Shown: positions 22,300 to 35,159, counted from the stretch's first letter. The stretch is 64,000 nt of DNA from an uncultured Methanosarcinaceae archaeon (GCA_963733675.1 CAVTET010000012.1:32001-96000); one strand, 5' to 3'. Notes: generated by a model not told the origin, from the letters alone. Program-made: numbers and translations.

Positions 22300-23199
22300 T
22301 TATTTATGAGGCTTCTCCGGCTTGTAGACCATGGTTCCGACTCCACAGTTGGTAAAGAGTTCAAGAAGCATGGAGTGAGAAAAGCTTCCGTTAATTATAT
22401 GTGCCCTCTCAACCCCGCTTTTTACTGCCATTGCAGCGCCCTTAATTTTAGGGATCATCCCTCCATGTATAATGCCCTCAGAGATGAGAAGATCTATATC
22501 ATCCAGAGTTACATGAGATATACGACTGCTTGGATCCTTTAGGTTTTTCAGAAGGCCTGAAACATCAGTCATCAGTATTAGTTTTTTGGCATGCAGAGCT
22601 GCAGCAATATCGCTTGCTACCGTATCAGCATTAATATTCAGAGCATTGCCCTTAGCGTCCACAGCGATGGGCGAGATAACCGGAATGTAACCTTTTTCAA
22701 GTACTATATAGAGAATGTCAGGATTAATGACTTCACTTTCTCCTACCCAGCCAATATCCACTTCTGTTTCAATACCTTCTACAATTACTTTCTTGGTAGC
22801 CTGCTTATGACCCAAGATCATTCTTCCGTCATATCCCGTAAGACCAATACCTTTTCCTCCTAAAACTCCGATTAAGGATACCATTTTGGTATTGATGTTT
22901 CCAACGAGAACCATCCTGGCAATTTCCATAGTTTCGTCATCTGTAATGCGGAGCCCCTGGTAAAATTCAGCCTTTTTACCCATCCGCTCCATTTTTTCCG
23001 TAATCTCAGGCCCGCCTCCATGTACTATGACGGGTTTGATTCCCACATAGCGTAGTAGTAGAATATCTTTAATTATATCCTCCAGTATCTGGCCGCTGAT
23101 CATTGCGTTTCCACCCACCTTGATAACCATTATTGAATCGTAAAATTCCTGCATATAAGGTAGGGCTTCAATGAGCACATTCTCTCTTTTAAGTTCCAT
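22300..23199 (-). CDS. argB: Acetylglutamate kinase
   Basis: VIKVGGNAM, VHGGGPEI, NINAD, GGMIPK. Confidence 0.97.
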   Translation of the reverse strand: MELKRENVLIEALPYMQEFYDSIMVIKVGGNAMISGQILEDIIKDILLLRYVGIKPVIVHGGGPEITEKMERMGKKAEFYQGLRITDDETMEIARMVLVGNINTKMVSLIGVLGGKGIGLTGYDGRMILGHKQATKKVIVEGIETEVDIGWVGESEVINPDILYIVLEKGYIPVISPIAVDAKGNALNINADTVASDIAAALHAKKLILMTDVSGLLKNLKDPSSRISHVTLDDIDLLISEGIIHGGMIPKIKGAAMAVKSGVERAHIINGSFSHSMLLELFTNCGVGTMVYKPEKPHK

Positions 23200-24076
23200 G
23201 ATGTAAGAATCAGAAAATCTGTTTTTAAAATTATCGTTGCATGTCCTTAATCAAAGTTGCTGTGTTTCATCCAGTTGACAACAAAGAAGTATGCTCGCGC
23301 CCCAGCTATGGATATAAAGGAATCGTTTAGAATCAAATATTTCCATTTGCTTAGATCTCACTTTTGAAGACTTATACAAAAATGCCATCAATCTTCTTAA
23401 TATAGAAACAGATTAAAAACTAATTAATATTTTAATAATAATAGTAGGCAAATAGGCGAACTAATTCGATATATGTTTATATTTGCAGAATATAGATTAT
23501 GTGCTTTTTTCCACGGTTTCCCATATTTCAAACAGACTTTTTAAATTCTATCTGAAGTTGTCATATCACCAACAGTTTAATGTGACCTCCCTCACTCCTA
23601 AGTCACAACCCCATAATTTTTTTATCTCAAAGTAATCTTTTAAAATTTATCTTTATCTGATAATTTTTGTAATCTACCTAACTCTTGAAGGATAATATTT
23701 TGGCCTAGACCAACGAAAAGATATACCTGATCATTATCATTACCTGTTGTATCAAACTCAAAACAATATCTTCTATCAATTTCGAAGCATATATATATCG
23801 AATAATTGATGATTTCATTTTCTTAAAGAAATTTTTTCCCGATGCGCGTAGAAGTTTCCATTCATGCATCAAGCTGTGTAGTTTTCGGCTGGAATAAAAA
23901 TAAAAGTCAGCTATGTAAATAAACAAAGATAATACGGTCAGAACTCAAAAAGGGTAATGAAATAAGCCAGCTTGGATGGTATTAAGATTAAATACACTCC
24001 CAAGCTAATTCCTTTATGGATATCTAAAAGAGACGAAAAGAATCCAATTTAAAGGGTATATGATTGAAATTATATT

Positions 24077-24361
24077 TTACTCGATTTTGTCTATTTTATC
24101 TTTCTTGACAAAGGGCTTACTTATTTTCTCCGGCATCCAGCTAGGCCTGTTTTTTGGTGCTGCGACAAGTTCCTTCCATGCCTTAAAAACGTGCACTTTC
24201 TTTGTCCCGCGTTCCCTGAGTCGGATAGTATCAGGTTTGGATTTGGTCCCAGTTCCCCTGTTTGCAGCTTTCAAGGCAGCTTGTCTGGGTTGTTTTCCAG
24301 TGAAAACTCCATGCTCATTGCCTTCTTCATCTCGTAAAACAAAATTTCTTGTGTCGGATAT
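24077..24361 (-). CDS. Non-histone chromosomal protein MC1
   Basis: RNFVLRDEEGNEHGVFTGKQPRQAALKAANRG...RLRERGTKKVHVF...WMPEKI; the expected Met position is ATA (24361). Confidence 0.95.
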   Translation of the reverse strand: MSDTRNFVLRDEEGNEHGVFTGKQPRQAALKAANRGTGTKSKPDTIRLRERGTKKVHVFKAWKELVAAPKNRPSWMPEKISKPFVKKDKIDKIE

Positions 24362-24946
24362 AAAGGTCACCTCGAAAATTGTATTGCAGATATTGATTAA
24401 GTTTTAAAGTATATAAAATCTTTCTTTGGATGTTGCCTGTAGTTATTGTTTTATGTAAAATTTCACCTAAATATGAGGGTTTGTAAACCAAATTTGTCCC
24501 TATTTTTGGCTACATGGGAAATATTTAAATATTTATATCTTATTAGAAATTTAATTCAAAGTAGTTCCTGAAAGTGATTCTGGAATACATTTTGTTTGTT
24601 ATCATATTATACATTTGGAAGAAAATCTCGAAAGCATAAGCTTTACATGTTAAAACTCATTATGGTTATTAAATTTCGTCATGCACTCTAAGTGGTTGAT
24701 ATTTGATAACCGATTTCTCGAATATAGATTAAGTTTTTATTTTTATTGCTCGTAGCCAATGGGTTCGGGCTTTTCCAGGACACTGGACAAGAACTACCTA
24801 GAAATGACATTCAGATCTCATTGGAATGATATCAACCAATTAACTAAGAAACACCTATATTTTTCTAAGTATATGTTATGAAAGTATGTATCTGCCAATA
24901 ATTCGTTCTACAAATTAAAAACTTATTTTTCACGGATTTGGTCAAC

Positions 24947-25906
24947 ATGGAACATTGCACTTTCAACCTCCCGGACGTCCAGGCCAGCAAACCAAGTGTA
25001 GCTATTAACCTTACCCGCGTTGGGGTAACAAATATGAAAAAGCTTGTAGAGATAAAGCGTAAAGACAAACGTCCTATCGTTCTGATTTCAACTTTTGACG
25101 TTTTTGTTGATCTCCCCTCAGACCGGAAGGGGGCAAACCTTTCACGAAACTTTGAAGCTGTAGACGCGGTGCTTGAAAAGGTACTCAGTACACCAATATA
25201 CGAAATTGAGCAGCTTTGCAGTGATATCGCATATAATTTGCTTGGTAGGCATGAATATGCCAATCAGGCCGAAGTCCGTATGAGAAGTGAATATATGATT
25301 AGGCGCGCTTCTCCATCAACAGGGATCAAATGCCAAGAAGTTGTAAATATCTTTGCTGAAGCTTCTGCTATAAAGGGACACGGGGGTAATGGCTACTTTA
25401 ATTTAAAGAAGCTCATAGGTGCCGAAGTTGTAGGAATGACAGCTTGTCCATGCGCTCAGGAGATTATGATAGATAAAGCTGCATATGAGCTTTCAGAATT
25501 GGGAGTTGATAAGGAAACGATTCTAAAATTCTTGGAAAGGGTTCCAATGGCTACCCACAACCAACGTGGTAGGGGTATTATCTCGATCAAGGTTGCACAT
25601 AACTTTGATGTTTCTTTAGAAAGTATTATCAATATTATTGAGCGTTCCATGAGTTCCAGTGTGTTTGAGGTCTTGAAACGCGCCGATGAGAAAGTCGTTG
25701 TGGAAACTGCTCATAAGAATCCGAAATTCGTGGAAGATTGCGTAAGAACTATGGCAGATAATATCGTAAAAGACTTTCCTAATCTCCCTGATAATGCAGT
25801 AATTACTATCAAACAGACTAATGAAGAAAGCATCCACAGGCACAATGCTTTTGCCGAAAGGGTTGCACTGATGGGAGATCTTAGGATGGAAATTAGTCAA
25901 AATTAA
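24947..25906 (+). CDS. mptA: GTP cyclohydrolase MptA (methanopterin biosynthesis)
   Basis: [49 protein letters not shown]. Confidence 0.95.
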   Translation: MEHCTFNLPDVQASKPSVAINLTRVGVTNMKKLVEIKRKDKRPIVLISTFDVFVDLPSDRKGANLSRNFEAVDAVLEKVLSTPIYEIEQLCSDIAYNLLGRHEYANQAEVRMRSEYMIRRASPSTGIKCQEVVNIFAEASAIKGHGGNGYFNLKKLIGAEVVGMTACPCAQEIMIDKAAYELSELGVDKETILKFLERVPMATHNQRGRGIISIKVAHNFDVSLESIINIIERSMSSSVFEVLKRADEKVVVETAHKNPKFVEDCVRTMADNIVKDFPNLPDNAVITIKQTNEESIHRHNAFAERVALMGDLRMEISQN

Positions 25907-26257
25907 AAACGCAGCAATAAAACCCATATTTCGCAGATGGACACTAGAATGTCATTTATTTTCTCAATATGACAGTAGCTTAAATATTAATCTAACTTTA
26001 ACTGAATAATAGTGGTCAAATAGGCAAACAAATTATACATCTTTGTACATCTATTGGATGTCGGATGAAAAACATTTATATTGGACTTATTTTTTTGGAA
26101 ATTCGAAAGTTTCTGAAATATTCACTGAGTAGAAATCTTGAAGAATTCAGGCCATATAAAATTTATTAGATGGACTGGATAACCTATAATTAACTAACAA
26201 GAGGGAGGATTTTCAGGGCTTGAATACAATTGTCTTGGAAACTTTTGAGGTGAGAAC

Positions 26258-26584
26258 ATGGCTGAAGCTGACGAGATAACAACAGTAGGTAGTAACAAGA
26301 ATATAATTGAAGTGGGAGATGTTGTAAAGTACGTAAATTCCGATACTGTAAGTCGTGTGAATGACATCAAAAAGGATGAGCAGGGTACAGTGTGGGTTCT
26401 GCTCGAGAGTACCGATCTATGGTATAAGGAAGATACCCTAGAAAAAACTGCCATCAAACCTAGTGGAAATAAAGAAGAAAGGGAATTTACTGTAGATGAA
26501 CTGGAAGAAAGGTTTAGGAAAACAAGTGAAACACTCCAGGGATTTGAGCTCGGAAAAGCAGGAGGTGGAGGAGCAGGAGGTTAA
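26258..26584 (+). CDS. DUF2098 domain protein
   Basis: GAGGTGA SD; IEVGDVVKYVNSDTVSRV...WVLLESTDLWY; Gly-rich tail. Confidence 0.8.
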   Translation: MAEADEITTVGSNKNIIEVGDVVKYVNSDTVSRVNDIKKDEQGTVWVLLESTDLWYKEDTLEKTAIKPSGNKEEREFTVDELEERFRKTSETLQGFELGKAGGGGAGG

Positions 26585-27158
26585 TTATTTGTATTCATTT
26601 TAACAACTTTCAGTTTTTATATTTATATTTTTCTCTTTTTTGGAAACGTTTTGTTATTTTTTCTCTCCAGATTTGAACTCTAAACCGTTCAAAATGATAC
26701 TTTTTAACTTAAATTTGATGGATCATATAAATTAATACAGTGGTTTCTTACAAAACAAAAACACTTCTTCTGCACATAAACTTCCTGAAAATGATAGAGA
26801 ATTTCGATAAACCACCGCTTTCAACAAATCGCTTACATGCGCTTTATAAGCAACCAGCCGAAAATTTGGTTTTATCGACATCTCGATAAATGCTGAAAAT
26901 CAAAAAAACAAGATTTAATTTTTAATTATATGAATAAAACAAATTTATGAGGCCCATTCTATGCATTATGAAATATATGTTTATGTCTAGTTCGGGTTTT
27001 AACATTTTTGGGGATCGCTGAAATTTACCATGAGAATTTTTATCATTTTTTAAGTTTTTAATTGATTGCGGTCAATTGCCAGTAGAATTAATGTCGAATT
27101 TTTGTGATCCCGCGAGGTATTAAAAAGTCTTTATTTTTGAAATCATTTTATTGAATCA

Positions 27159-28604
27159 CTATTTCTTATATCTTTTTTCCTGTAGCTTCATTCTTTGTGC
27201 AAGAATGCATTTCCCTCCATGGCTGCCGCCGAGAGGGTTTTGCGAAGAACCCAGAGAGTTCATACAGCGGGCCATCACAGCTGCGCCTCTGGCAAGCCCA
27301 TCATCTGCAAAAACTACCCGCTCATCTATTTTAGGAGTAAGGTTCATTTTTTTAAGGCACTGCAGAATCAGTTTGGGTTTATTTCCTGTAATGCCGGCTC
27401 TGCCAGTAATTCCGATAGTTGTATCTTCAAAAATAAGGCTCTCTTCTCTTGCGATCTCGATTAGTTTGCATACCACTCCTGCCATTACCTCGTCAATAAT
27501 AGCATAAACAACCTGAAGTCCGTGGATCTTACATATTTCCATTCCGATAGCACTAAGCTTATCCATATCTGTACCGTTTTCACCTACATCGCAGCCTATA
27601 AGTGTCACTCCTATCTGCTCGGCTGCGTCTGGCCTTACAGGCACGCTTCCATACCTCTTTCTACCCACTGGAACTTTTTCTATTATAATAAGTTCATGGA
27701 TGCGCTTTGCATAAGTTTCAATAGTTTTAGCTTTTATTTTCAAGGTAAGGAAAGAAGGTGGTTTCTGTTTCTCAAAAACTTCTAGAGCAGTCCCTACTTT
27801 GGGATCTACTATTTCCGAACCTCGAATAATCGCATCAGGAATTGCTCCTGCATAACCGCAGAAGTTTCCAATGGTTTTTGCGTACGGCAGGTCAGGGCTT
27901 GTGATTCTGCCGTCAAGAGTAGTACCGAAATCGATCGAAATACATGGGTTCCTAAAATCTACATCTGTAAGTTTAGCTGCTTCCTTAATTCCTGCTGTCG
28001 CAAGCTCCCCCTCCATTTCATTTGCAACAATTTCAACACCAGTTGAGCCTATAGGTGGGATTACTCCGGCTACAGCTCCATCAAAGATTACTTTATCCAG
28101 TTTGCTGTATTTCTGGAGCTTTTGAACGATATTTGAAATAGACATCGGAGGTGTCATATTTTTTGGTGGGACCCCTGCCATAAGACAGCCATCTGCCAGA
28201 CCTTTGATGAATTCACCAACTTCATCGGGGGAATCGAAACCTGCAACTATACCAGTGGAGCGGACAACGAAGTTCAGATCAGTTTTTATATCCAGGTTAG
28301 CTTTTTCCATAGATTCAGTTAGGGTGGCGCGCACTAGATCTGCGACGGACTCACGAGTAAGTTCCACACCTGTAAGCGTCTTCCCAAATACGACTTCACT
28401 GGATTTTGGAGGACGGACATCTCTTGTCATCCTAACGATTTTATTTATTATATGGGTCCTGCAAGTATCCATATTGGTAGCTGTAAGGATAGATTTGGTT
28501 GTAGTGTTTCCGACTTCTACGGAAGCTACTATAAAGAAAGGTTTTGACTTAAGATCAATTAAGCGAACATGAGGAGATTCTGTAATTCTTGGTTTCATAG
28601 CCAT
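27159..28604 (-). CDS. Methanogenesis marker protein 14
   Basis: VASVEVGNTTTKSIL, FVVRSTG, NEMEGEL, DFGTTLDGR, DDGLARGAAVMARCMNSLG. Confidence 0.92.
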   Translation of the reverse strand: MAMKPRITESPHVRLIDLKSKPFFIVASVEVGNTTTKSILTATNMDTCRTHIINKIVRMTRDVRPPKSSEVVFGKTLTGVELTRESVADLVRATLTESMEKANLDIKTDLNFVVRSTGIVAGFDSPDEVGEFIKGLADGCLMAGVPPKNMTPPMSISNIVQKLQKYSKLDKVIFDGAVAGVIPPIGSTGVEIVANEMEGELATAGIKEAAKLTDVDFRNPCISIDFGTTLDGRITSPDLPYAKTIGNFCGYAGAIPDAIIRGSEIVDPKVGTALEVFEKQKPPSFLTLKIKAKTIETYAKRIHELIIIEKVPVGRKRYGSVPVRPDAAEQIGVTLIGCDVGENGTDMDKLSAIGMEICKIHGLQVVYAIIDEVMAGVVCKLIEIAREESLIFEDTTIGITGRAGITGNKPKLILQCLKKMNLTPKIDERVVFADDGLARGAAVMARCMNSLGSSQNPLGGSHGGKCILAQRMKLQEKRYKK

Positions 28605-29392
28605 TTTTGATCCTTCCTGAGAATATGGGCGTAGATGAATTTAGAGATGGAATTTTTTGTAATATTTATTCAAAGAAATTCAGACTTATTTGTAGGTTGT
28701 TCGAACTTAATTCGAATCAGATGGATAAATCTAGTTTAAATATTTTATTGAGTCGCTAAAATTTCCCATTAAATCTGCTATCAATTGGCTTTAATCAATC
28801 AAAAACCAGAAAATTATAAAAAGGGTAGCATGCACAATTTTCTGTAAAATCTGCTATATACCTTTAGATCTTCTTTTTTGATTACTGTTCCATTACTATA
28901 TACTTGTTTCGCGTTATTCAGTCTTCATTTATATCGATGAGTATTCAGGCTGCTAGTCTCAATACTAATTTCTCATTAGGAAATCCCCATCAATTCTCTT
29001 CTTTTTTTAGTTTTTTGTTAATCCTTTCCATCATATTTGTTGTTCTTATTACAGTCGAATACCTTGCAGCTTGTTGTAGTGATTGAAACAGCCCAAATAA
29101 CTTTTATTAACTAACTAATTTGTACTTTAGATAATTTCGATGAACTTCAGATTTAAATAAATTAATTATATATACTTTATATACAACCGGCTAAAAATTG
29201 GAGTTTCTCGAAATTCTCTCTGGAATATTATGGAAATCAACAGAAATTTCTTGAACTTAGTTTTAAGATCCATTATCTTAAAAATGCCATCATTTATTTT
29301 CCTAAATGAAGAAAGACTATTTCACATAATTTAATCTTATAAAAATTTAAAGAGTATGTTGTGAAAGAATTTTTGTTTTTATATTTCCTACC

Positions 29393-29635
29393 TTAGATCG
29401 TTGATTGTAGATTCAAGAGATTTGTAGAAGGTGTTGCAACATGAGATAAAACATTAAGAACTTCTTGATAGCTATAGTTTGCTTCATCAGGTAAAGTTAT
29501 TGTATCAAACGATGTTACATAATTAAGAAGATCAGATAGTGAGTTGACTGTATTTATACTATGAGTGAAGTTATTTTTTGTTATAATCAAACATTTAATT
29601 ACATTAAATAATTTTTTCGATAGAGATTGTAGCAT
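29393..29635 (-). mobile_element. ISH3-like transposase N-terminal remnant
   Basis: FDTITLPDEANYSYQEVLNVLSHVAT resembles an ISH3 transposase N-terminus; truncated. Confidence 0.45.
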
Positions 29636-30820
29636 GTCCTAAAAAAGGCTATAATATCCATTCCCTATTTTATAGAACTCATAGAAAGACTTCAATAGCC
29701 ATGGAATAGCAATAGATGCTACCGCTTCCCTTGAAGATATATTTCCTGATTTTTGTTTATATGGACACAGGTCTTCAGTGTTTTTCTTGACCGGTTAATA
29801 ACCACCAAACAATCCATCAGTATTCATCTAAGACATACTAGAGGAGAGCTGGCACAGCTCCTCTGTCTTTACCATTTATTTGGGCATATCAGACCTTGCT
29901 TCATACACATAACAATCGTACCGAATCTTTTCAGTTTCTAAACCATCTCTACAAATGGAATAAGATACCGTCACTAAAATGCAAAAAGGTTCATACGGCC
30001 TTTTCTTCACTTGATGTGCTGGAATCCTTAAAATGTGACTCTTTAACATGGCACACTTCAACAATGACAGAATTAGAGCATTGATAAAGCTATGGGATTA
30101 AATTTGAAAATTAAGATAGCATTAAAATCCAGAAAGAAAGGTTTAAAGTTATTCTGAAAGACGGACAAGAACATGTCTTCAAGATTAGTGATTTTGACGA
30201 ACATAGGAGTTCTTCTTACAATTTTTGCAATTATCTACAGCTTTAAAATCTGGTATATTATTTGATGTAGATGGCAGCGCAAGAGGCTTGTCAACTATTT
30301 TCCTGATTATTCTGATGATACTAAATAAATATTCAATAGAACTGTAGACAAATGGTAAATTAAAGCTCAGCATTTTACATGACTAATTTGAAAAAGTATT
30401 CTAGCTGGTAAAAATTACTGAGGTTCAGATGTATGACTTTGACAGAGAATTTAAGGCTTAAAACTCCAAATAAATAAAAAAGTTCTTTTGAGCGAGTCAA
30501 ATAACATCTTGATGTAGAAGCGAAATTCGGTTGAGATAGAAGACTTGAGACTTCAAATAAATAAATCGTTCTCCTGAGAGGGAGAAATAAACTAAAAAGG
30601 GCATCTGCAATTATTTTTTAGTTGGCCTGATCGAAGTTTGGTCGCAGTGTCATTTAATAGTTCTCTTGAACGAGCGAATTGAGTGAAAAGTACCTGTATT
30701 TCTGAATCAAAACTTGGTAGCTCAATTTGGGAGATGAATATATATTTATTCATTAACCTGTTTCTATTATGCAGTACTAATGACATTCTATTCAAGATTA
30801 CTCTGTTTTTGAGGAATTTT

Positions 30821-31102
30821 ATGATCACAAAAGAAGATGTAGAACATATTGGTTGGCTTGCTCGTATTGACATCAATGAGCAGGAAAAGGTCGAATTCAT
30901 GGAAAAACTTAACTCAGTATTAGAATACTTCGGACAGCTGGATGAATTGCCAACCGAAAATATAATCCCCACTTATCATGTAGCTGAGATTTATAATGTG
31001 TTCAGGGAGGATGTGATAGAAGAGTGCCTCCCACAGGAAATTGTTCTCGCAAATACCGAATATAAGCAGGATGGGGCTTTCAGGGTTCCTAAAATTGGCT
31101 GA
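30821..31102 (+). CDS. gatC: Asp-tRNA(Asn)/Glu-tRNA(Gln) amidotransferase subunit C
   Basis: MITKEDVEHIGWLARI...NVFREDV...FRVPKI; GAGGA SD. Confidence 0.96.
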   Translation: MITKEDVEHIGWLARIDINEQEKVEFMEKLNSVLEYFGQLDELPTENIIPTYHVAEIYNVFREDVIEECLPQEIVLANTEYKQDGAFRVPKIG

Positions 31103-31114
31103 GGAGATGTTTTG

Positions 31115-32542
31115 ATGGCAAAGTGGATGAGTGTTGCACAGGTTAAAGATCAAATTGAAGAAAGCTCAGCCGAAGAAGTAATATCCAGCTACCTAGAAGT
31201 TATAAGAAAGAGCAAAATTAATGGCTATATATCAGTTTCTGAAAAAGCTATTGAGCAGGCAAAAAAAATAGATAATGAAGGGCAAGACGGTCTTCTTGCA
31301 GGTGTACCAATCGCAATAAAGGATAATATTTCCGTAAAGGGGCTCCCAAATAGCTGTGGTTCGAGAATCCTTGAGGGCTATATTCCACCATTCGATGCCC
31401 ATGTTGTAGAAAAGCTTCTTGTTGCGGGCGCCGTAATCCTTGGGAAAACAAATATGGATGAATTTGCAATGGGATCCTCTACGGAAACCAGCTATTTTGG
31501 ACCTACTGCAAATCCCTGGGACCTTGAAAGGGTACCTGGAGGATCTTCTGGAGGCAGTGCAGCTGTTGTTGCAGCAGGAGAAGCACCTTTTGCACTTGGT
31601 TCTGATACTGGCGGATCTGTACGCTGCCCTGCGGCTTTCTGCGGCGTTGTTGGGCTTAAACCAACCTATGGGATAGTTTCTAGGTATGGAGTGATTGCTT
31701 ATGCAAATTCCCTCGAACAGGTAGGTCCTCTTGCGAACAACGTGGAAGATATCGCAATTCTCATGGATGTTATTGCAGGCTATGACCGCAGAGATTCTAC
31801 TTCAATTGACAGAAAAATAGCATATCAGAAAGCTTTGGTTAACGATGTAAAAGGTCTGAAGATAGGGATTCCAAAAGAGTTTTTTGGAGAAGGTATTCAC
31901 TCAGATGTTGAAAAGGCGGTATGGAATTCTATACACAAATATGAAAGTCTTGGAGCGACCTGGGAAGAGGTTTCAATGCCCAATATAAAGTATGCTCTTG
32001 CTTCATACTATATTATTGCAATGAGTGAGGCATCCTCAAACCTTGCCCGTTTTGATGGAACACGCTATGGATTTAGAGAGAATTGCGAAAACTGGAATGC
32101 TATGGTTTCAAAGACAAGAGCTGAGGGCTTTGGTACAGAGGTGAAGAGAAGGATTCTTCTAGGAACTTATGCTCTTTCTGCGGGTTATCATGATAAATAT
32201 TATTTAGAAGCTTTGAAGGTCAGAACCCTTGTAAAACAGGATTTTGATAAAGCTCTTGCAAAATTTGATCTTCTAATGGCCCCGACTATGCCGAATCCTG
32301 CTTTCAAGATCGGAGAAAAAATTGAAGATCCTCTAACTCTCTACCTCTCAGATGTGAATACCTGCCCGATAAATCTTGCAGGTGTACCATCCATTTCCAT
32401 ATCTTGTGGCTTTACTGACGGTCTTCCAATTGGGCTTCAGATAATAGGGAAGCCCTTTGAAGAGCTAACTGTCCTAAGAGCTGCGTACACGTTTGAGCAG
32501 AATACCGATTACCACACAAAGAGACCCTTAGAGGTGGCATAA
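31115..32542 (+). CDS. gatA: Amidotransferase subunit A
   Basis: [43 protein letters not shown]. Confidence 0.98.
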   Translation: MAKWMSVAQVKDQIEESSAEEVISSYLEVIRKSKINGYISVSEKAIEQAKKIDNEGQDGLLAGVPIAIKDNISVKGLPNSCGSRILEGYIPPFDAHVVEKLLVAGAVILGKTNMDEFAMGSSTETSYFGPTANPWDLERVPGGSSGGSAAVVAAGEAPFALGSDTGGSVRCPAAFCGVVGLKPTYGIVSRYGVIAYANSLEQVGPLANNVEDIAILMDVIAGYDRRDSTSIDRKIAYQKALVNDVKGLKIGIPKEFFGEGIHSDVEKAVWNSIHKYESLGATWEEVSMPNIKYALASYYIIAMSEASSNLARFDGTRYGFRENCENWNAMVSKTRAEGFGTEVKRRILLGTYALSAGYHDKYYLEALKVRTLVKQDFDKALAKFDLLMAPTMPNPAFKIGEKIEDPLTLYLSDVNTCPINLAGVPSISISCGFTDGLPIGLQIIGKPFEELTVLRAAYTFEQNTDYHTKRPLEVA

Positions 32543-34030
32543 ATGGTCTACGAAAACCCTGAAGGTATCAGAATTGGTCTTGAAATTCATGTCCAGCTAA
32601 ACAAGCTTAAGACCAAAATGTTCTGTGGTTGTTCTTCTGATTATCATAATGCAGCTCCGAATGCTCATACCTGTTCTATTTGCCTGGGTTTGCCAGGAAC
32701 GCTCCCTGTCCTTAATAAAAAAGCAGTCGAGGCCGCAATTAAGGTAGGACTTGCTCTAGAAGGAGAAATTGCTGAAGAGACTCAGTTTCACAGAAAGAAC
32801 TATTTCTATCCAGATCTTCCAAAAGGTTTTCAGATCACACAGTACGACTTCCCCATAGTAAGCAAAGGAAAAGTTATGATCGAAGGAGAAGATGGGGAGC
32901 ATGTAATTGGGATCACCAGAGCTCACATGGAAGAAGACCCTGGCAAGCTTGTTCACTTGGGAAGCATTGAAAAGTCCAAAGGAGTTCTTATAAACTACAA
33001 TAGGTCAGGAATGTCTTTGATTGAAATCGTCACAGACCCCGATATGCGCACCCCCAAGGAAGCCAGACGGTTCCTTGACAAGTTGAGGAACATCCTTGAA
33101 TATCTGGATATTTTTGATGGAAATCTGGAAGGGGCAATGCGTGTGGATGCAAACGTTTCAGTCTACTGGGGTACTCGTGTTGAAATCAAAAATATATCCT
33201 CCCATAAAGGAGTTGAAAGAGCCCTTCTTTACGAGATAATGCGCCAGAAGAACGTAATCCTCCGAGGGGGGAAAATCATTCAGGAGACTCGCCACTTCGA
33301 TGAGGGGCGAGGCGTGACAATTTCCTTGAGGACAAAAGAAGAAGCAGAAGACTACCGCTACTTCCGCGAGCCTGACCTTATGCCCACGCGTGTAGCTGGC
33401 TGGATTTCTTCTGTCCGGGAAACGCTTCCGGAACTTCCAGACGCCAAACGTGTGCGTTTCATAGAAGAGTACTGTATCACTGATATGCATGCAAGAGCCC
33501 TCACGTCCAAGATAATGCTCGCCGACTTCTATGAAAGCATCTGTGCAAAAGGTGTGGATCCGAAAATTGCAGCTACATGGACTGCAGATGTTTTACTTGG
33601 GGAGTTAAATTATCGTGACCTTGCAATTTCCTCTTACGATGGAAAGAAAATCTTCTTCATCAATACAAAAGGCACGGAAATAGATAATTTCTTTAAGGTC
33701 TCCGATATGGTAGAACTGGTTCCCCTTTTTGCCGAAGGCAAAATCAGTGACAGATCTGCGGTTGAGGTCATCCGTAGCATCCTGGATGGCAAGGGAGAGA
33801 AATCTCCATCCCAGATTATAGAAGAAAAAGGGCTATCCAAAGCTGAAGATGATATCGTAGGTAAGGCTGTTGCCGAAGCGATCGCTGAAAACACAGGTGC
33901 AGTACAGGACTACCTAGGTGGTGCAGAAAAGTCCCTGAACTTTCTGATAGGGCAGGTTATGAAAAAAACAAAAGGTACAGCAGACGCGAAAATGGCACGT
34001 GAATTTCTTTTGAAGGGTTTGAAAGGATAA
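32543..34030 (+). CDS. gatB: Amidotransferase subunit B
   Basis: IGLEIHVQL, RKNYFYPDLPKGFQITQ, HMEEDPGK, DYRYFREPDL. Confidence 0.98.
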   Translation: MVYENPEGIRIGLEIHVQLNKLKTKMFCGCSSDYHNAAPNAHTCSICLGLPGTLPVLNKKAVEAAIKVGLALEGEIAEETQFHRKNYFYPDLPKGFQITQYDFPIVSKGKVMIEGEDGEHVIGITRAHMEEDPGKLVHLGSIEKSKGVLINYNRSGMSLIEIVTDPDMRTPKEARRFLDKLRNILEYLDIFDGNLEGAMRVDANVSVYWGTRVEIKNISSHKGVERALLYEIMRQKNVILRGGKIIQETRHFDEGRGVTISLRTKEEAEDYRYFREPDLMPTRVAGWISSVRETLPELPDAKRVRFIEEYCITDMHARALTSKIMLADFYESICAKGVDPKIAATWTADVLLGELNYRDLAISSYDGKKIFFINTKGTEIDNFFKVSDMVELVPLFAEGKISDRSAVEVIRSILDGKGEKSPSQIIEEKGLSKAEDDIVGKAVAEAIAENTGAVQDYLGGAEKSLNFLIGQVMKKTKGTADAKMAREFLLKGLKG

Positions 34031-34301
34031 CTCAAAGAGATTACCTTACAGCCTTTTAATTATTTTTGCTTGACATATTTTCCGGTTCAATTTTCCTAAT
34101 TTCTAGTTCCATTTTCCAGTTCTATTTGCCAGCCATAATTTGACAGTTTAATTTTCATTTTGGAAGGAAATTTTCACATTTTAGAGGAATGAAAAAGTGA
34201 TATTTCTTTTCAACAAATTTTTGACTTATTTTATATGATTTAATTTGATAGATAATTCTCTCTTTAGATCTTCATTTTTTTAAGTTTAGATCAAATTTTT
34301 G

Positions 34302-35159
34302 GGTTATGTTGCAAAAATTCATAATAAGGATTCAATTGAATAACGAGAAAATCAATAGAACGATAATATGCTATCTAATTCCTTTAAGTGGAAACATTAT
34401 GAAGGAGAAATTATCCTATTAAATGTAAGGTGGTATTTAAAATATCCATTAAGCTATCGGAATTTAAAGGAAGTGATGATAGAAAGAGGAGTACAAGTTG
34501 ATCATACTACTCAAATGAGATGGGTGCATCACTGAGATCGAAAAGAAGGTACGTAGGTACTTAAAGCCAACCACCGACTCTTGGAGAATGGACGAAACCT
34601 ACATCAAGGTAAAGGGTGAATGGAAATATCTTTACAGAGCAGTTGATTCAACTGGAAGCACAGTTGATTTTATGCTAAGTGCAAAGCGTGATAGAACTGC
34701 TGCGAAACGTTTTTTTAAGAAAGCTTTGAGTTCTAATCATAATCAAATTCCAAAGGTAATAACTGTAGATAAAAATCTAGCTTATCCATCTGCAATAAGT
34801 GAACTCAAAAATGACAAAGTATTACCTAAAAACGTAAACCTTCGGCAAATCAAGTATTTGAATAATGTTGTTGAACAGGATCATAGATCTATAAAACGGA
34901 TAATTCGTCCAATGTTAGGCTTTCAGTCTTTTTGTACAGCTATCAAGACTTTAAAAGGAATTGAAATCATGCATATTATAAGAAAAGGACAGATTAATGC
35001 TCTAAATCGATGTGTTCTTTCTAAAGTAAATTTTATAAATAAGTTATTTGGAATAACTGCCTAAATTTAAATGTTAGCTGAGAAATATTTTGCATTTTTA
35101 TGTTTTTGCTGTTAAACTAAAGTTTTTACTTCAATAGTAGGATTTTTTGCAACAGAACC
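34302..35159 (+). mobile_element. IS6-family insertion sequence, frameshifted transposase (34368-35064)
   Basis: TIRs GGTTATGTTGCAAAA / TTTTGCAACAGAACC; short deletion near 34530 relative to the copy at 3581. Confidence 0.93.

Noticed and set aside
27151-28572. Several plus-strand ORFs, and similar short ORFs overlapping gatAB, infB and the marker genes
   Set aside because: Antisense or alternate-frame shadows of well-supported genes
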